64,000 bases of DNA from a virus. Where the stretch lies: the IMG/VR virus record IMGVR_UViG_3300037423_000584, one strand, 5' to 3'. The position numbers and the translations under genes are program-made. The stretch's first letter is position 1. Each line of letters opens with the position of its first letter. Shown piece by piece: positions 36,627-47,200 of the stretch. Under the pieces are notes generated by a model. It saw nothing but the letters and a program-made list of their open reading frames with translations. It was not told the origin of the DNA and searched no databases.

Positions 36627-39600
36627 TTAATCAGCAAATCTATTTGTTCCTTCATATGCGGCATAATATTGATGTCTAATATTAGTATTCTCAGGATCTC
36701 TGAGTTTTTCTCTTGGATCTATTCTTGTTCTAGATATATTATCGTATTCTGCTTTTCTAAATGTTCCTGGTTTTCCTGCATAAGTTGCAAAATTATATGT
36801 TGTTTTTACTCCACCTATGCCGAAATCTATAGAAAGACCAGTAATATTACTATTAAAACCTAACTGATCTCCTAGACCGAATTCTGGGAATCCAACAACA
36901 GAAATAGATGCACTATCAACATATTCTACAGACGCAATGCTTCTTTGGAATCTTTCTTGGCCTGCTTGTTCTAAATTGTAATCCCAAGATTGATTAGAAG
37001 GAGGTCTTGAAAAGTTCCAAGGAACTAGGCCCGGATCAACGTCGATTTTTACCATGCCACTGTTAACAAATGTATTATTGTACCAAGGACCATATGTAAC
37101 CCAAGTGCTTGTCAATGGAATAATTACGGCTTCAAGATCCATAATTCTTTCTTTTGACATCTCTCTCATATATGGATTATTAGTAAAATAATAAACTTGT
37201 TCAACCCAAGTTCTGATTACTTTCTTGGCGTATTGTTTTATATTTTCTCCGGTTTTATCTGCACCGACTTTGATTATATCTCTACAAGTTTTATTAGTTT
37301 TAAAATGATACCAGAAGTATTTTACTAATCCTGCTTTAGTAGACAAGAATTCATCGTCAATTTCTGCACTTCTATAATCACCAGCGATTGCAACACCATC
37401 GGTTGGATCAAATTCAACAGGACTTGGTAATTCTACAAGTGCAAGATCTGGACGTTTTATTAATTGATTGACGGAGCATGAGATATAAACTCTCTCTGGA
37501 TTTCCTATAGTGCCATCTGGTCTAACAGAAACAGTTAATTTATTTGGTCTGAATTCAGAAACAGGAATATCTTGGAACATTGCTTTATTAATTCCATTGG
37601 AATTGAAATTAACATTGCCTTGTGGTTTCCAATTCATAACAGCCATGGCATAAAATCTACCATCTTCTGCCATGAATCTTCTTCTTATTTGATCTTCTTC
37701 TGAACTGAATGATCCGTTTGTTCCATTTATGATACCATCAAATGCAGGAGGAAGGGTTTCCCAATAGCCTCTTTGATCCACAACATATTCAATTTCTGGT
37801 TTTAATGGACGAGTAGGAACTGGTTTATTATCCCAAATTCTTTCCATTATAATAGATCTTGGTAGGCATACCAAGAATTTTCTACCCATATTGTCTAGAG
37901 CATATTGTCTTACTTGTTGATAAATTATTGTATGGAAAGAACTTAGGGTGCGTGAGTAATCTCCATTTTTAAATATATCAGACCATGAAGGATCAGTGAT
38001 AGTTATTGATCCATCGGAATTGCTAACCATCCCATTCTTTAAGTTTTCTAAATATACGTTAGAACTTAAATAGCCAACAATATTAAATTTTGTTAAATCT
38101 ATGCTTTTATCATGATCGATGATCTTCTTTATAGTTCCCCAAGCAATTCCCGGCAAACGAAGAGAATCAGCTATTTCTGGATAATAAATTCTATAAAGAT
38201 TATAGAAAGCATCTTCGCTAATTAAAGCTGCTCTGAGAACTTCTGTATTTAATGGAAGACCTCTAATATATCCATCTATATTGGAAGACGAATTGATTAT
38301 ATATTCTTTTACATAAGCAAATGGTCTTTGATCTGAATCTTCATCTCCGTCTATAAATGCTTTAGTATGTTGTACTTGCCTAACAGTAAATCTATCAACG
38401 ACAATAGAGCATAGAGGTATGCGTTCTGTAAGTTTGCCAAATTCTTCTGAATTTCTATCAAATACAAGATGTTCTAAAGGCAAAAATGGCTCTATTAGTG
38501 GATAAGCGTTGTCATCAGGAGTTACTCCCCAGTATGGGAATATAGAACCTGATTGAACATCGAAATTTTTATTCACTATTTCTATAGATCCATCGTCTCC
38601 TTCTTGTTGTACTTCTGCTTCTCCTCCAAATAATCTAGCTATAATATCTGATGGAAAGGCATTGTAATCTTCTTTGTCATCTGTTAAATGCATCGATTTT
38701 ACATAAGTAGATGGCCAAGCAATGTAATTCTTGTTTCTTGGGCCGCCAAATACAACGCTACAAGTGCATTCATTTCTTGCTTCTTTTCCGACTCTTGCGT
38801 GTTCTACTATATCTTTTCTTTTAGATATGAAATCTTCTATTTCTGTTTTAGTAAGAGGATCTGTGTTATATCTCTTCATACCTCTTATTTCGACAAGCAT
38901 ATTCATGTCGGAAACTTTTCGTGCATAAAGAATATAATCTGATCCAGAATCTGTAGCTATTCTTTGACACAAAGAAGATAAATCTATGGAATTGTCCTCT
39001 ATTCTATAATAGTCTGGTACATTATAAAATGTATCACCAGTAAAAAGAAATTCCATATAGACATTGTTTACTCTAACTCTGCAATTTTCTAGTGCTTCTT
39101 GTATTTTGGACCAAGGAATTCCAAGTTCATTTCTTTCAGATTCCATTCCGTAGTTCCAATATCCAAACACGTCTATGATGTTATGAACATTATCAAATCT
39201 GGGAGCATTTCCCGTTAGGTTCTGTGATAAAGAGAAATTTCCCAAAAAACATTGTATTCCTGAAAACATCTCTCTAGGATCTGTAAGGCTTACGTTAATA
39301 GTTCTTCCTGCTGCGTCTATTTTAGAAACGCTCCAAGATGTGCATATTCCACAAAAATAAAATGGAACTTCTGGATCTTTCATTACTGTTGGATTTAGAT
39401 CCTTGCCATTTTCAAAGAAAATAGGTTTTCCTACTCCTCCTTTTGGAAAACTGATTGCCCATACAGAAGGAATTAATGGTTCTAAAAACTCATCTCCATT
39501 GTCTACATCTTCTACAAGAGTTAAAGATGCAGAACTGGCAACGCCATTGAAGCCTATAGACATATTGACAGATAAAACTGTGCAACCCATAAACTTATAG

Positions 39601-39692
39601 GCTCTGGTATCCTTGTTGTAAGAGCAATCAGAAACTCCTGATGAAAATTTACTGAATATGCATTTTTCAGGATTGGGTATAGTTATTGCCAT
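36627..39692 (-). CDS. Putative baseplate hub / central tail tip protein
   Basis: 1021 aa; hub-like N-terminus (sorting strand, 'VSLTDPR') and C-terminal 'NITGLSIDFGIGGVKTTY'. Confidence 0.6.
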   Translation of the reverse strand: MAITIPNPEKCIFSKFSSGVSDCSYNKDTRAYKFMGCTVLSVNMSIGFNGVASSASLTLVEDVDNGDEFLEPLIPSVWAISFPKGGVGKPIFFENGKDLNPTVMKDPEVPFYFCGICTSWSVSKIDAAGRTINVSLTDPREMFSGIQCFLGNFSLSQNLTGNAPRFDNVHNIIDVFGYWNYGMESERNELGIPWSKIQEALENCRVRVNNVYMEFLFTGDTFYNVPDYYRIEDNSIDLSSLCQRIATDSGSDYILYARKVSDMNMLVEIRGMKRYNTDPLTKTEIEDFISKRKDIVEHARVGKEARNECTCSVVFGGPRNKNYIAWPSTYVKSMHLTDDKEDYNAFPSDIIARLFGGEAEVQQEGDDGSIEIVNKNFDVQSGSIFPYWGVTPDDNAYPLIEPFLPLEHLVFDRNSEEFGKLTERIPLCSIVVDRFTVRQVQHTKAFIDGDEDSDQRPFAYVKEYIINSSSNIDGYIRGLPLNTEVLRAALISEDAFYNLYRIYYPEIADSLRLPGIAWGTIKKIIDHDKSIDLTKFNIVGYLSSNVYLENLKNGMVSNSDGSITITDPSWSDIFKNGDYSRTLSSFHTIIYQQVRQYALDNMGRKFLVCLPRSIIMERIWDNKPVPTRPLKPEIEYVVDQRGYWETLPPAFDGIINGTNGSFSSEEDQIRRRFMAEDGRFYAMAVMNWKPQGNVNFNSNGINKAMFQDIPVSEFRPNKLTVSVRPDGTIGNPERVYISCSVNQLIKRPDLALVELPSPVEFDPTDGVAIAGDYRSAEIDDEFLSTKAGLVKYFWYHFKTNKTCRDIIKVGADKTGENIKQYAKKVIRTWVEQVYYFTNNPYMREMSKERIMDLEAVIIPLTSTWVTYGPWYNNTFVNSGMVKIDVDPGLVPWNFSRPPSNQSWDYNLEQAGQERFQRSIASVEYVDSASISVVGFPEFGLGDQLGFNSNITGLSIDFGIGGVKTTYNFATYAGKPGTFRKAEYDNISRTRIDPREKLRDPENTNIRHQYYAAYEGTNRFAD

Positions 39693-39693
39693 A

Positions 39694-41157
39694 TTATTCC
39701 TGTGTATTATTTATTCCAGAAGGAATTCCATAGACATTACTCTTCTTTGGATTCATTACCCATGAAACGGTTCTAGAATACTGTCTTTTGATTGGATTCC
39801 ATTCTTCCGAGTTCTGCTTAATGTAATAATTTCCTGCACTTGGTTTTAATTGATCTATTAAATCATTAGTATTTGGTTTAGATTTATACATCGATAACAA
39901 AGAAGATCCAGATGACTGTGCCATCACAGCATTTATTGTAATTGTTCTTTCTGGCAAAGTTTTTGTATACATATATTGGACAACGGGACCTTCTGCTCTT
40001 CCTGGGACTTGTATTTGTGCAAAGATATCATTTGATCCAATATCGGATATTGATATATTTTCGTCAATAGCGTTTGATATAAAGAATCCAGAAGTAGCAG
40101 GAAAAGTATATGAATATCTAACAATACCTGTAAAATCTTCATATGTTATCTGTTTTGTGCTTGGGATCGGACTTACGCTATATCCTCCTGGTCTATAAAA
40201 TGTTGCTCTAAGATATATATTTGGTTCTACGGTAGAATTATAATAAGTTTTTGCTCTAGAAAATCTTAAATTTCTGTTCGATGCTTTATCAGCATATCCG
40301 TAGACTGTTCCATTTATAGTAATAGTGCCCTTTTTGGGATTATCTTGTTCTGTGGAAAATGCACCAGTGAACTCTTCTCTGGTTATTCCACTAGGATTAT
40401 ATACGAAATTTTCGTCTAATTCCCAAGAATTTCCAACTATTCCTATATTCTCTGATACGGATCTATTCCAAAAATTAGTAGTATCGCTAGGTATATCTGC
40501 TAACGTTCCTGATAAAGCAATACTATGAACTTTGACAGGTGTTAAGTTTCCATTTTCTGATATACTATAACTTCTATCTCTGCACCATTGTTTTGCTATA
40601 GATAGTGCATCGTTTATTCCAGATGATCCATATGCAATGGTTCCGACTGCTTGTAATCTATGGCTTAGTATAAATGTCCCATCTTCGTTTTCAGTTATGG
40701 ACCAATTTTCAGACGCAGATTGTATAAATTGAGAATCTGTATCTTCTAATGGAAGACTCTTTGCTCTAAGAACAACGGTATAAGTACATTTATTTACCCA
40801 TATTGACTGATCAAAATTGAGGCTTTCTATTGTGCAATAAGCATCTATTGTATTAGGACCGCCACCGCCCGGTGTTTCTATTTCTAATCTTCCTCCATCC
40901 TGAGAAAAAAGATTTCTTATTCTTTTCTGTTCTGACAGAACATCTTCCATAGTTGGAGAATCGCTATTGCTTTCATTTTGGGCACCGGGAGAATCTTGAT
41001 CTGTGCCAACATTTACTATGGTTCCAGTCAGAGTAAAGACATTTTCTGGGTACAGTTTACGTCCGGCTTCATCTCTTACGTATTGTTTCTGTATAGAGAC
41101 TACTGGTGCAGGAATAAGTTCTTCTGGACCATTTGGTCCTGTAAATCGTATTGGCAT
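39694..41157 (-). CDS. Putative distal tail (Dit-like) protein
   Basis: Repeated tail-tube-like beta units ('FTLTGTI', 'ITINGTV', 'ITINAV'); downstream of the tape measure. Confidence 0.5.
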   Translation of the reverse strand: MPIRFTGPNGPEELIPAPVVSIQKQYVRDEAGRKLYPENVFTLTGTIVNVGTDQDSPGAQNESNSDSPTMEDVLSEQKRIRNLFSQDGGRLEIETPGGGGPNTIDAYCTIESLNFDQSIWVNKCTYTVVLRAKSLPLEDTDSQFIQSASENWSITENEDGTFILSHRLQAVGTIAYGSSGINDALSIAKQWCRDRSYSISENGNLTPVKVHSIALSGTLADIPSDTTNFWNRSVSENIGIVGNSWELDENFVYNPSGITREEFTGAFSTEQDNPKKGTITINGTVYGYADKASNRNLRFSRAKTYYNSTVEPNIYLRATFYRPGGYSVSPIPSTKQITYEDFTGIVRYSYTFPATSGFFISNAIDENISISDIGSNDIFAQIQVPGRAEGPVVQYMYTKTLPERTITINAVMAQSSGSSLLSMYKSKPNTNDLIDQLKPSAGNYYIKQNSEEWNPIKRQYSRTVSWVMNPKKSNVYGIPSGINNTQE

Positions 41158-41159
41158 CT

Positions 41160-43709
41160 TTAACTCCTGTAGCCTCTAGTAAATAAATTAATACCTTGTG
41201 CAATATTTCCAATCGTTGGCATATACATATAAACGCTGTCTAATACTGTTCCTAGAACACCATTGACAAACATGTCTACATTTGATACTGTTTGATCTGA
41301 TGTTTTTAAGTACATATCAATATTCGATTCTTCAAACATTCTTTTTTCAATATAAAGGTTCATGTATGAAGTATTTATATAAAATCCATCATTAGAACCA
41401 TCGCCCGAAATATATAGATCTGTATAACCATTAGCGAATATTGTATTGCCGTTATTGCTTCCTTGGATATATAAATCTATATTACCATTAGATTTAGATA
41501 CATCAGAATTAATGAATAAATTGAGATAATCATTTATATCTTCATGTCCAGATCCAGAAGCATTAAGATATAAATTTAAATAAGAGTTTGCTGGATCTCC
41601 TATTATTATTAATGGAACATTACCAAAACTATATTCTGATCCTTGAGAATGTCCTTCTATAAAATTAAATACTGAATCAGTAGCACTAATTAAGTTGCCA
41701 CCATGAATCATTAGATTTAGTGAACTATCTGATGTTGTTATACCATTAACGTAGTGATATACAGTATCAATAACTGCATAGTGACCAGATTCAACAAGAT
41801 TTACTTGATCACTGGTATAAGTATGTCCAGCTAAATAATGATCCAACTGAGTATTAGAAGGATGTGGTCCAGATATAAATAAGTCTACATGATTAAATTG
41901 TGGCGTTGGTCCAGATATATATAGATTAAGATTTTGATTTGCGATAGTTGCTGTTTTTATAAATAAATCAACATTGCTATACCATACTATAGAAACGTTA
42001 TCTACTATTGTTTCATCATTTGTAAATGATAGATCAAGACTATCATTAATAGATATATTTTTAACTTTGTTTACTTGAATTTCATCCTGTAGACCTATCG
42101 TGTCTTTTATGAATGGTCTATTAGGAAGAAAAATACTATCTGATAATGTAATAGTCGAATTTAATCCTGTTTTCGTTGCCTGAACACTATCTGATAGAGA
42201 TAACGTGCTATATATCCTTTTATAGTTTAATGGTAATTTTAATGAATTAAGACCTACGAAATTTAAAATAGCACTTTCACCAATGCTATAATAAAGGTAT
42301 AATTTATGTGCATTTACTACTTTTATTTGTATTCCTACTCGTCCGGCTTGCAATGCAATTTTTGCAGTATCGGTTGCATCTCCTGTTTGACTTAATTTAT
42401 TTATTAATAATTGTCCGTCAACATAAAATGCTATACCATTGTTGTGATATATGGTAAATTTATAAGTACCACTTTCTGGAACAATGAAATCCGCATAATA
42501 AGAAGCAGAATAATTATTGATATCTAGATCAACAAATCCATCATTGTTAGCATCTGGATAATTATATCCAAAGTCCGAATTATAAGAAAAAGGAGTTGTT
42601 GACAACAAAGTAAATGGTGTACCAGAAAACGAAGTTGTATGATTATAATAATCTTCTACAATACCTTCTCCATATGTATATACATAATCTATACCATCTC
42701 CTCCGTCATAGAGATATGCACCAAGACCAACTCCGTATCCATTATTTTGTCTAGCTTTTCCTTTTGCATCAATTCTGTTACTAGCTGGATAACTTGTACC
42801 AGCAAAAGTTGCTAAAAATAATGCATTTTCATCATTCCTTTTAATATTCCAATTACTTTCTGGGTCTACATATAAATTAGTAGGATAAATATAATCTGTT
42901 GAAACATATCTAACAGTATCTAGCAAATTTGTTTCTGAAATAATATTTGTAGATAAATTATTAATCGATATATTTTCTGTTATATTTGATTCTATTCTAT
43001 AAGATGGTATATTAGTAAATATGTTGTTAGCAGAAGTTCCGAATGCTTCATTCAAAGCAGCAAACGCTACATATTTTGTTGTAAAATTTCTTGAGTGTAT
43101 TGTGTTATTGGTAGACGAAAATCCAGATCCATGTATAAAATGGACTAAAGCTGGACTTGTATCGGTAGTGGAAATTAATTCTTCATAAACAGGTTGTTCT
43201 ACTGAATGTTTTGCATATATAATTGTGTTTGAAATACTTACAAATGCAGAACTATCTTCTTCTCCTGAATAAATAGCAGATCTTAAATTAATTCCTTCGC
43301 ATATAATTAGACAACCATCAACGAAAGCATTACTTGCATTTGTAGTAAGAACTATTGCATCGGTTGGTCCATCTGCAATAATTTTCATTCTTTTAATGGT
43401 TACATTTGGTATATCTATTCTAATCGCAGGAGCATCGTATATTGGATATGTAGTAGTTGAAACTTTGCTTATATATGCACTGTCTGTTCTAGAAGAACCT
43501 TCGTGCCAATTTTCATCTGCTCCATATATTTTTACGCTATTTGATCCACTAAAAACTGCATCTGTTATATCAACAGGACCAGCATCAAAACCAGAATAGA
43601 CCTCTGCCCACTGGTCGTTGCCGCCTTGGGTTTTGGCCCAATTCCACCAATCTTGTAGACTAGTAAAATCGCCACCTGATTTTTTAATGGTTTTAATAAC
43701 GGTAGCCAT
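41160..43709 (-). CDS. Tail-associated protein with beta-helix-like N-terminus, PA14 domain and C-terminal LYISG-type repeats
   Basis: PA14 pattern 'NNYSASY...VPESGTYKF...GIAFYVDGQLLIN'; repeated 'NLYISG/DLFISG'. Confidence 0.7.
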   Translation of the reverse strand: MATVIKTIKKSGGDFTSLQDWWNWAKTQGGNDQWAEVYSGFDAGPVDITDAVFSGSNSVKIYGADENWHEGSSRTDSAYISKVSTTTYPIYDAPAIRIDIPNVTIKRMKIIADGPTDAIVLTTNASNAFVDGCLIICEGINLRSAIYSGEEDSSAFVSISNTIIYAKHSVEQPVYEELISTTDTSPALVHFIHGSGFSSTNNTIHSRNFTTKYVAFAALNEAFGTSANNIFTNIPSYRIESNITENISINNLSTNIISETNLLDTVRYVSTDYIYPTNLYVDPESNWNIKRNDENALFLATFAGTSYPASNRIDAKGKARQNNGYGVGLGAYLYDGGDGIDYVYTYGEGIVEDYYNHTTSFSGTPFTLLSTTPFSYNSDFGYNYPDANNDGFVDLDINNYSASYYADFIVPESGTYKFTIYHNNGIAFYVDGQLLINKLSQTGDATDTAKIALQAGRVGIQIKVVNAHKLYLYYSIGESAILNFVGLNSLKLPLNYKRIYSTLSLSDSVQATKTGLNSTITLSDSIFLPNRPFIKDTIGLQDEIQVNKVKNISINDSLDLSFTNDETIVDNVSIVWYSNVDLFIKTATIANQNLNLYISGPTPQFNHVDLFISGPHPSNTQLDHYLAGHTYTSDQVNLVESGHYAVIDTVYHYVNGITTSDSSLNLMIHGGNLISATDSVFNFIEGHSQGSEYSFGNVPLIIIGDPANSYLNLYLNASGSGHEDINDYLNLFINSDVSKSNGNIDLYIQGSNNGNTIFANGYTDLYISGDGSNDGFYINTSYMNLYIEKRMFEESNIDMYLKTSDQTVSNVDMFVNGVLGTVLDSVYMYMPTIGNIAQGINLFTRGYRS

Positions 43710-43720
43710 ATATTATTTAT

Positions 43721-44209
43721 TTAAGCAAAAACAGTATAGATGATCTTAATTTGATCGCCAGAAGTTACAGTGATAGAAGAATCGAATGTAGCTGTTGACC
43801 AAAGAGTTCCACTGGTTCCTGATTTTGCAGAATCGCTATTTACAAAAATACCAGTGATACTTCCTGTGGTATTTATATTGAATGTAGCAGGAGTGGTATT
43901 TTTCGTAGATTGACTTATAGCATTATCAGAAACCCACTGACGTCTTGTAGTGTCACTATAACCTGTAAATTCTATCCATCCAGAGTGAGACGATATGGTA
44001 TCATTAGAAGCAAGAGCAGAATAACTTGATGTATCTATAAGTCCAATATACCAAGCAGTTATCTGTGTACCTGAATTAAACATTACATCAAGAATCTTGT
44101 TCTTTCCTGCGTTTGTGATACCATTATTAAAATCGATAGTATTTATAACTTCATTATTTCTAATGTGTTGTAACTGAAATTTTCCTTTTAATCCGATTGA
44201 TTCTTTCAT
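43721..44209 (-). CDS. Putative tail structural protein
   Basis: 'NGITNAGKN..LD..F...WYIGL' pattern of tail-fibre-associated proteins. Confidence 0.6.
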   Translation of the reverse strand: MKESIGLKGKFQLQHIRNNEVINTIDFNNGITNAGKNKILDVMFNSGTQITAWYIGLIDTSSYSALASNDTISSHSGWIEFTGYSDTTRRQWVSDNAISQSTKNTTPATFNINTTGSITGIFVNSDSAKSGTSGTLWSTATFDSSITVTSGDQIKIIYTVFA

Positions 44210-44222
44210 AAATTAATCTCCA

Positions 44223-47200
44223 TTATTTATTATTTTGTCTAAGTTCCCTAGATACTAATACAAGTTTTTCCTTTAATGATCTTTCTTCTGGTGTTGAACC
44301 AAGTTGTTTTGATAAGGAATCTATTACAGCAGATACAGTTGCTTTTACAGCTATATCTCTTGAACTATTTTCAAATCCTGTAACATTTAAGTCACCAGAT
44401 ACTTCTACCTTAGAATGAGATCCAGATTTATTCTGTATAGCATTTATAAATCTCTTTAGATCGGAAGACAGTTCTTCCATTGCACTAAATTTTGCAGCAA
44501 AGTCTAAAGGAGATGATCCTTTGTACTTATCAATGTCCTTTGTTAGACTTTCTCTGCTAAATTGGATCAAGTTGTCATCTGCTGATCCTCTTCCCTTGAT
44601 TTCAACAGGTGTTGAACTCGAAATTGCATTTGCTGGCGTAGCAGCAGGCTGAGCAACAGGAGAAGATGGAGGAGGAGCAAATGGATTAGTATATGCTGGC
44701 AATTGGAACTTAGTTCTAATTGCATCATTAATAGATTTTAATACATCTAACTGTTGTGTTTCTATAGATGCAGTTTCATTATAAGCAGAAAGCTGTTCCT
44801 TAACTTTGTCAAGAAGATCGCCAGAAGTATCTTGTCCAAGAGGACCGTTTCCTAATCCCTTCAAGAAAGATACGATTCCAGTGGCTTCTGATACTGTAGT
44901 TCTTCCTGCTGCACCGGGCAGTTTAACGCCACCAAATACGCTATTTGCCGTTTGTGCATCTTGTAAGAATGCATCTGGTAGAATAGATAGTCTATTTACA
45001 ACACCTTTGAATTGATCTTTAGATATCTTGCCAGAAACAACATCTTTTAGAATCTGTTGTGGATTTCTCTCGCCAGCTAATAATCCTCCACTGCTGAAAA
45101 GATCGCCAACTGTCGAATTAATTCTGCCAAGACTTACATCTGCTTGTGCTCTTTGTCCAACTGCTGTAGAACCAATTCTTTGATTAGCCTCTATTGAACT
45201 TGAAATACTCTTAGTGAGTTCTTCAAATTTAGCATTTAGAGCTTGCATTCTTAAGTTAGCTCTATCGACGCTATCTTTGTAGTCATCTTGAGCCTTCTTA
45301 AGATTAAGCATTCCGTCTGCTGCTTGCTTAGAAGAAGGAATAAATCCATCTCCACCAGTTAGACCAGCAGGATTAGCTAAAACCGTTTGACCAAATAGAT
45401 TGTTCCCAGATGATCCAAGGGTATTAGATGTACCTCTAATGATATCGTTTAAGCTAGCAACGATATCTTCTGAACTTGCACCAATAGAAGCAGACTGTCT
45501 TGCTCTATTGATTTTTGTATTAACAAAGGCTGTCTCGTATTGAACATCTCTGTCTTTTACGATGCGTTCTCTTTGATATCCTAAGAAGCTCTTCTTGATT
45601 TCTTCATTTAGTTGAGAAATAGCAGCCTTAAATCTATTAAGTTGTTCTGTTGGAAGATTCTTAATAAATTGAGCAATAAACGCAGAAGGATCGTTCTTAA
45701 ATCCTTGAACGTTTTGCTGTGCTGCTTTTGTAACACTATTAATGATTTCTGTTAATTGATTTTGACCTTCTTGTGTTCTAATATTTCCAGAAATACCAGA
45801 ATTCTTAAAGATATCGCTTATACCTTTAGATAATAAAGAACCAACATTGGTCTGATCTTGTTCTTGAACAACTCGACCAGCCAATTTTTGTAGTGAATCT
45901 ACAGATACATTTTCTAATCCTTTTTGAATTACTGCAATATCTCCGAATACATCTTTTTCGTTTCTAGAAAGAAATCCTCCTGCACTTTCGTTAATTCCAG
46001 AATCTATTGACTGTCTAGTATTTGGAGATGAAAGATTTAATTTTCCAAGTTTATTCTGGAAATTATTAAATGAAAAATCAGCAAATTGATCAGGAACTAA
46101 GAATAGACCGTTTCCTTGACCACTTAATGAAGTAGCAAATTGTTCTGATAATTGATTATCAATTCCTTTGCCTAATGCATTATTAGATATTTCTCTTGTT
46201 CGCTTATTAAAATTATAAGCAAATACTTCTACGCTGGCATTAGTTTGCAAGAATGCTTTTCTTGTCTCATCTATTACTTTAGCAATCTCAATAAAACTAT
46301 CTTTAACTGGATCTAAAACAACAGAGATAAACTCTTGTGCATTTTTGTCTGATCCACCTAGTTCCTTTTTGATTTTATCTTGTACTTGATCTGTAGAAAA
46401 ACCTTGAGCACCAAGCTGTCTAGCTCTATCAAATGCAAAATCTTTAATTTTTGCTGCGGCTGCTTGGCCTTCTGGTGTAGAAAGATCTTTTGCAAATTTA
46501 TCTCTTAATGCTTTTCTTGCATCTTCTTGCATTTCCTTTTGTGCTGCATCTGCAAATTTAGGATCAAAAGTACCTTGTCCTGCTCCAAGACCAGCAGCGG
46601 CACCATAAGAAAGTGTTCCAGAGCCAACTTTAGAAACTCTATCTTTTACTATATCCGATAACAACTGTCTTTGTTGACTTTGATTTTTACTAACAGAATA
46701 TCCAAGTAATAATTGTCCAACTCTGTCTGAATTTGCTTGACTATTTCCATTAATTAATCCACCTACTCCTCCGATAACTCCACCAGCAATTCCTCCAGCT
46801 AAAGTTCCAACTCCTGGAATTATAGATCCAGCAACTCCACCAGTTAATGCACCAGATGAAAATCCGGTCAATAATGAAGAAATAAGAGTATTTTTCTTAT
46901 TATTGCTAAGTATATTATTATAATTAGACTTTAATCCTTGACCATCTGATATTGATTGAACATTAGAAGCAAAAGAATTGCCAAGAATATCAATACCAGA
47001 AAGTGCAGCGGTTCCTAATAAGGATAATCCTATTGTTTTAGCAGTTGGATTACTGATTAGATTTCTGCCCTTTGTGGCTATATTTTCAATTCCACTAGAT
47101 AGTCTACCTCTTAAGCTATTGGCATTTGCTTGTTGTATTTGTTTTTGTTTAATAGAAAGTTCTTGTGCATCTAGTGCAGTGATTTCTCTTACGAAGAATT

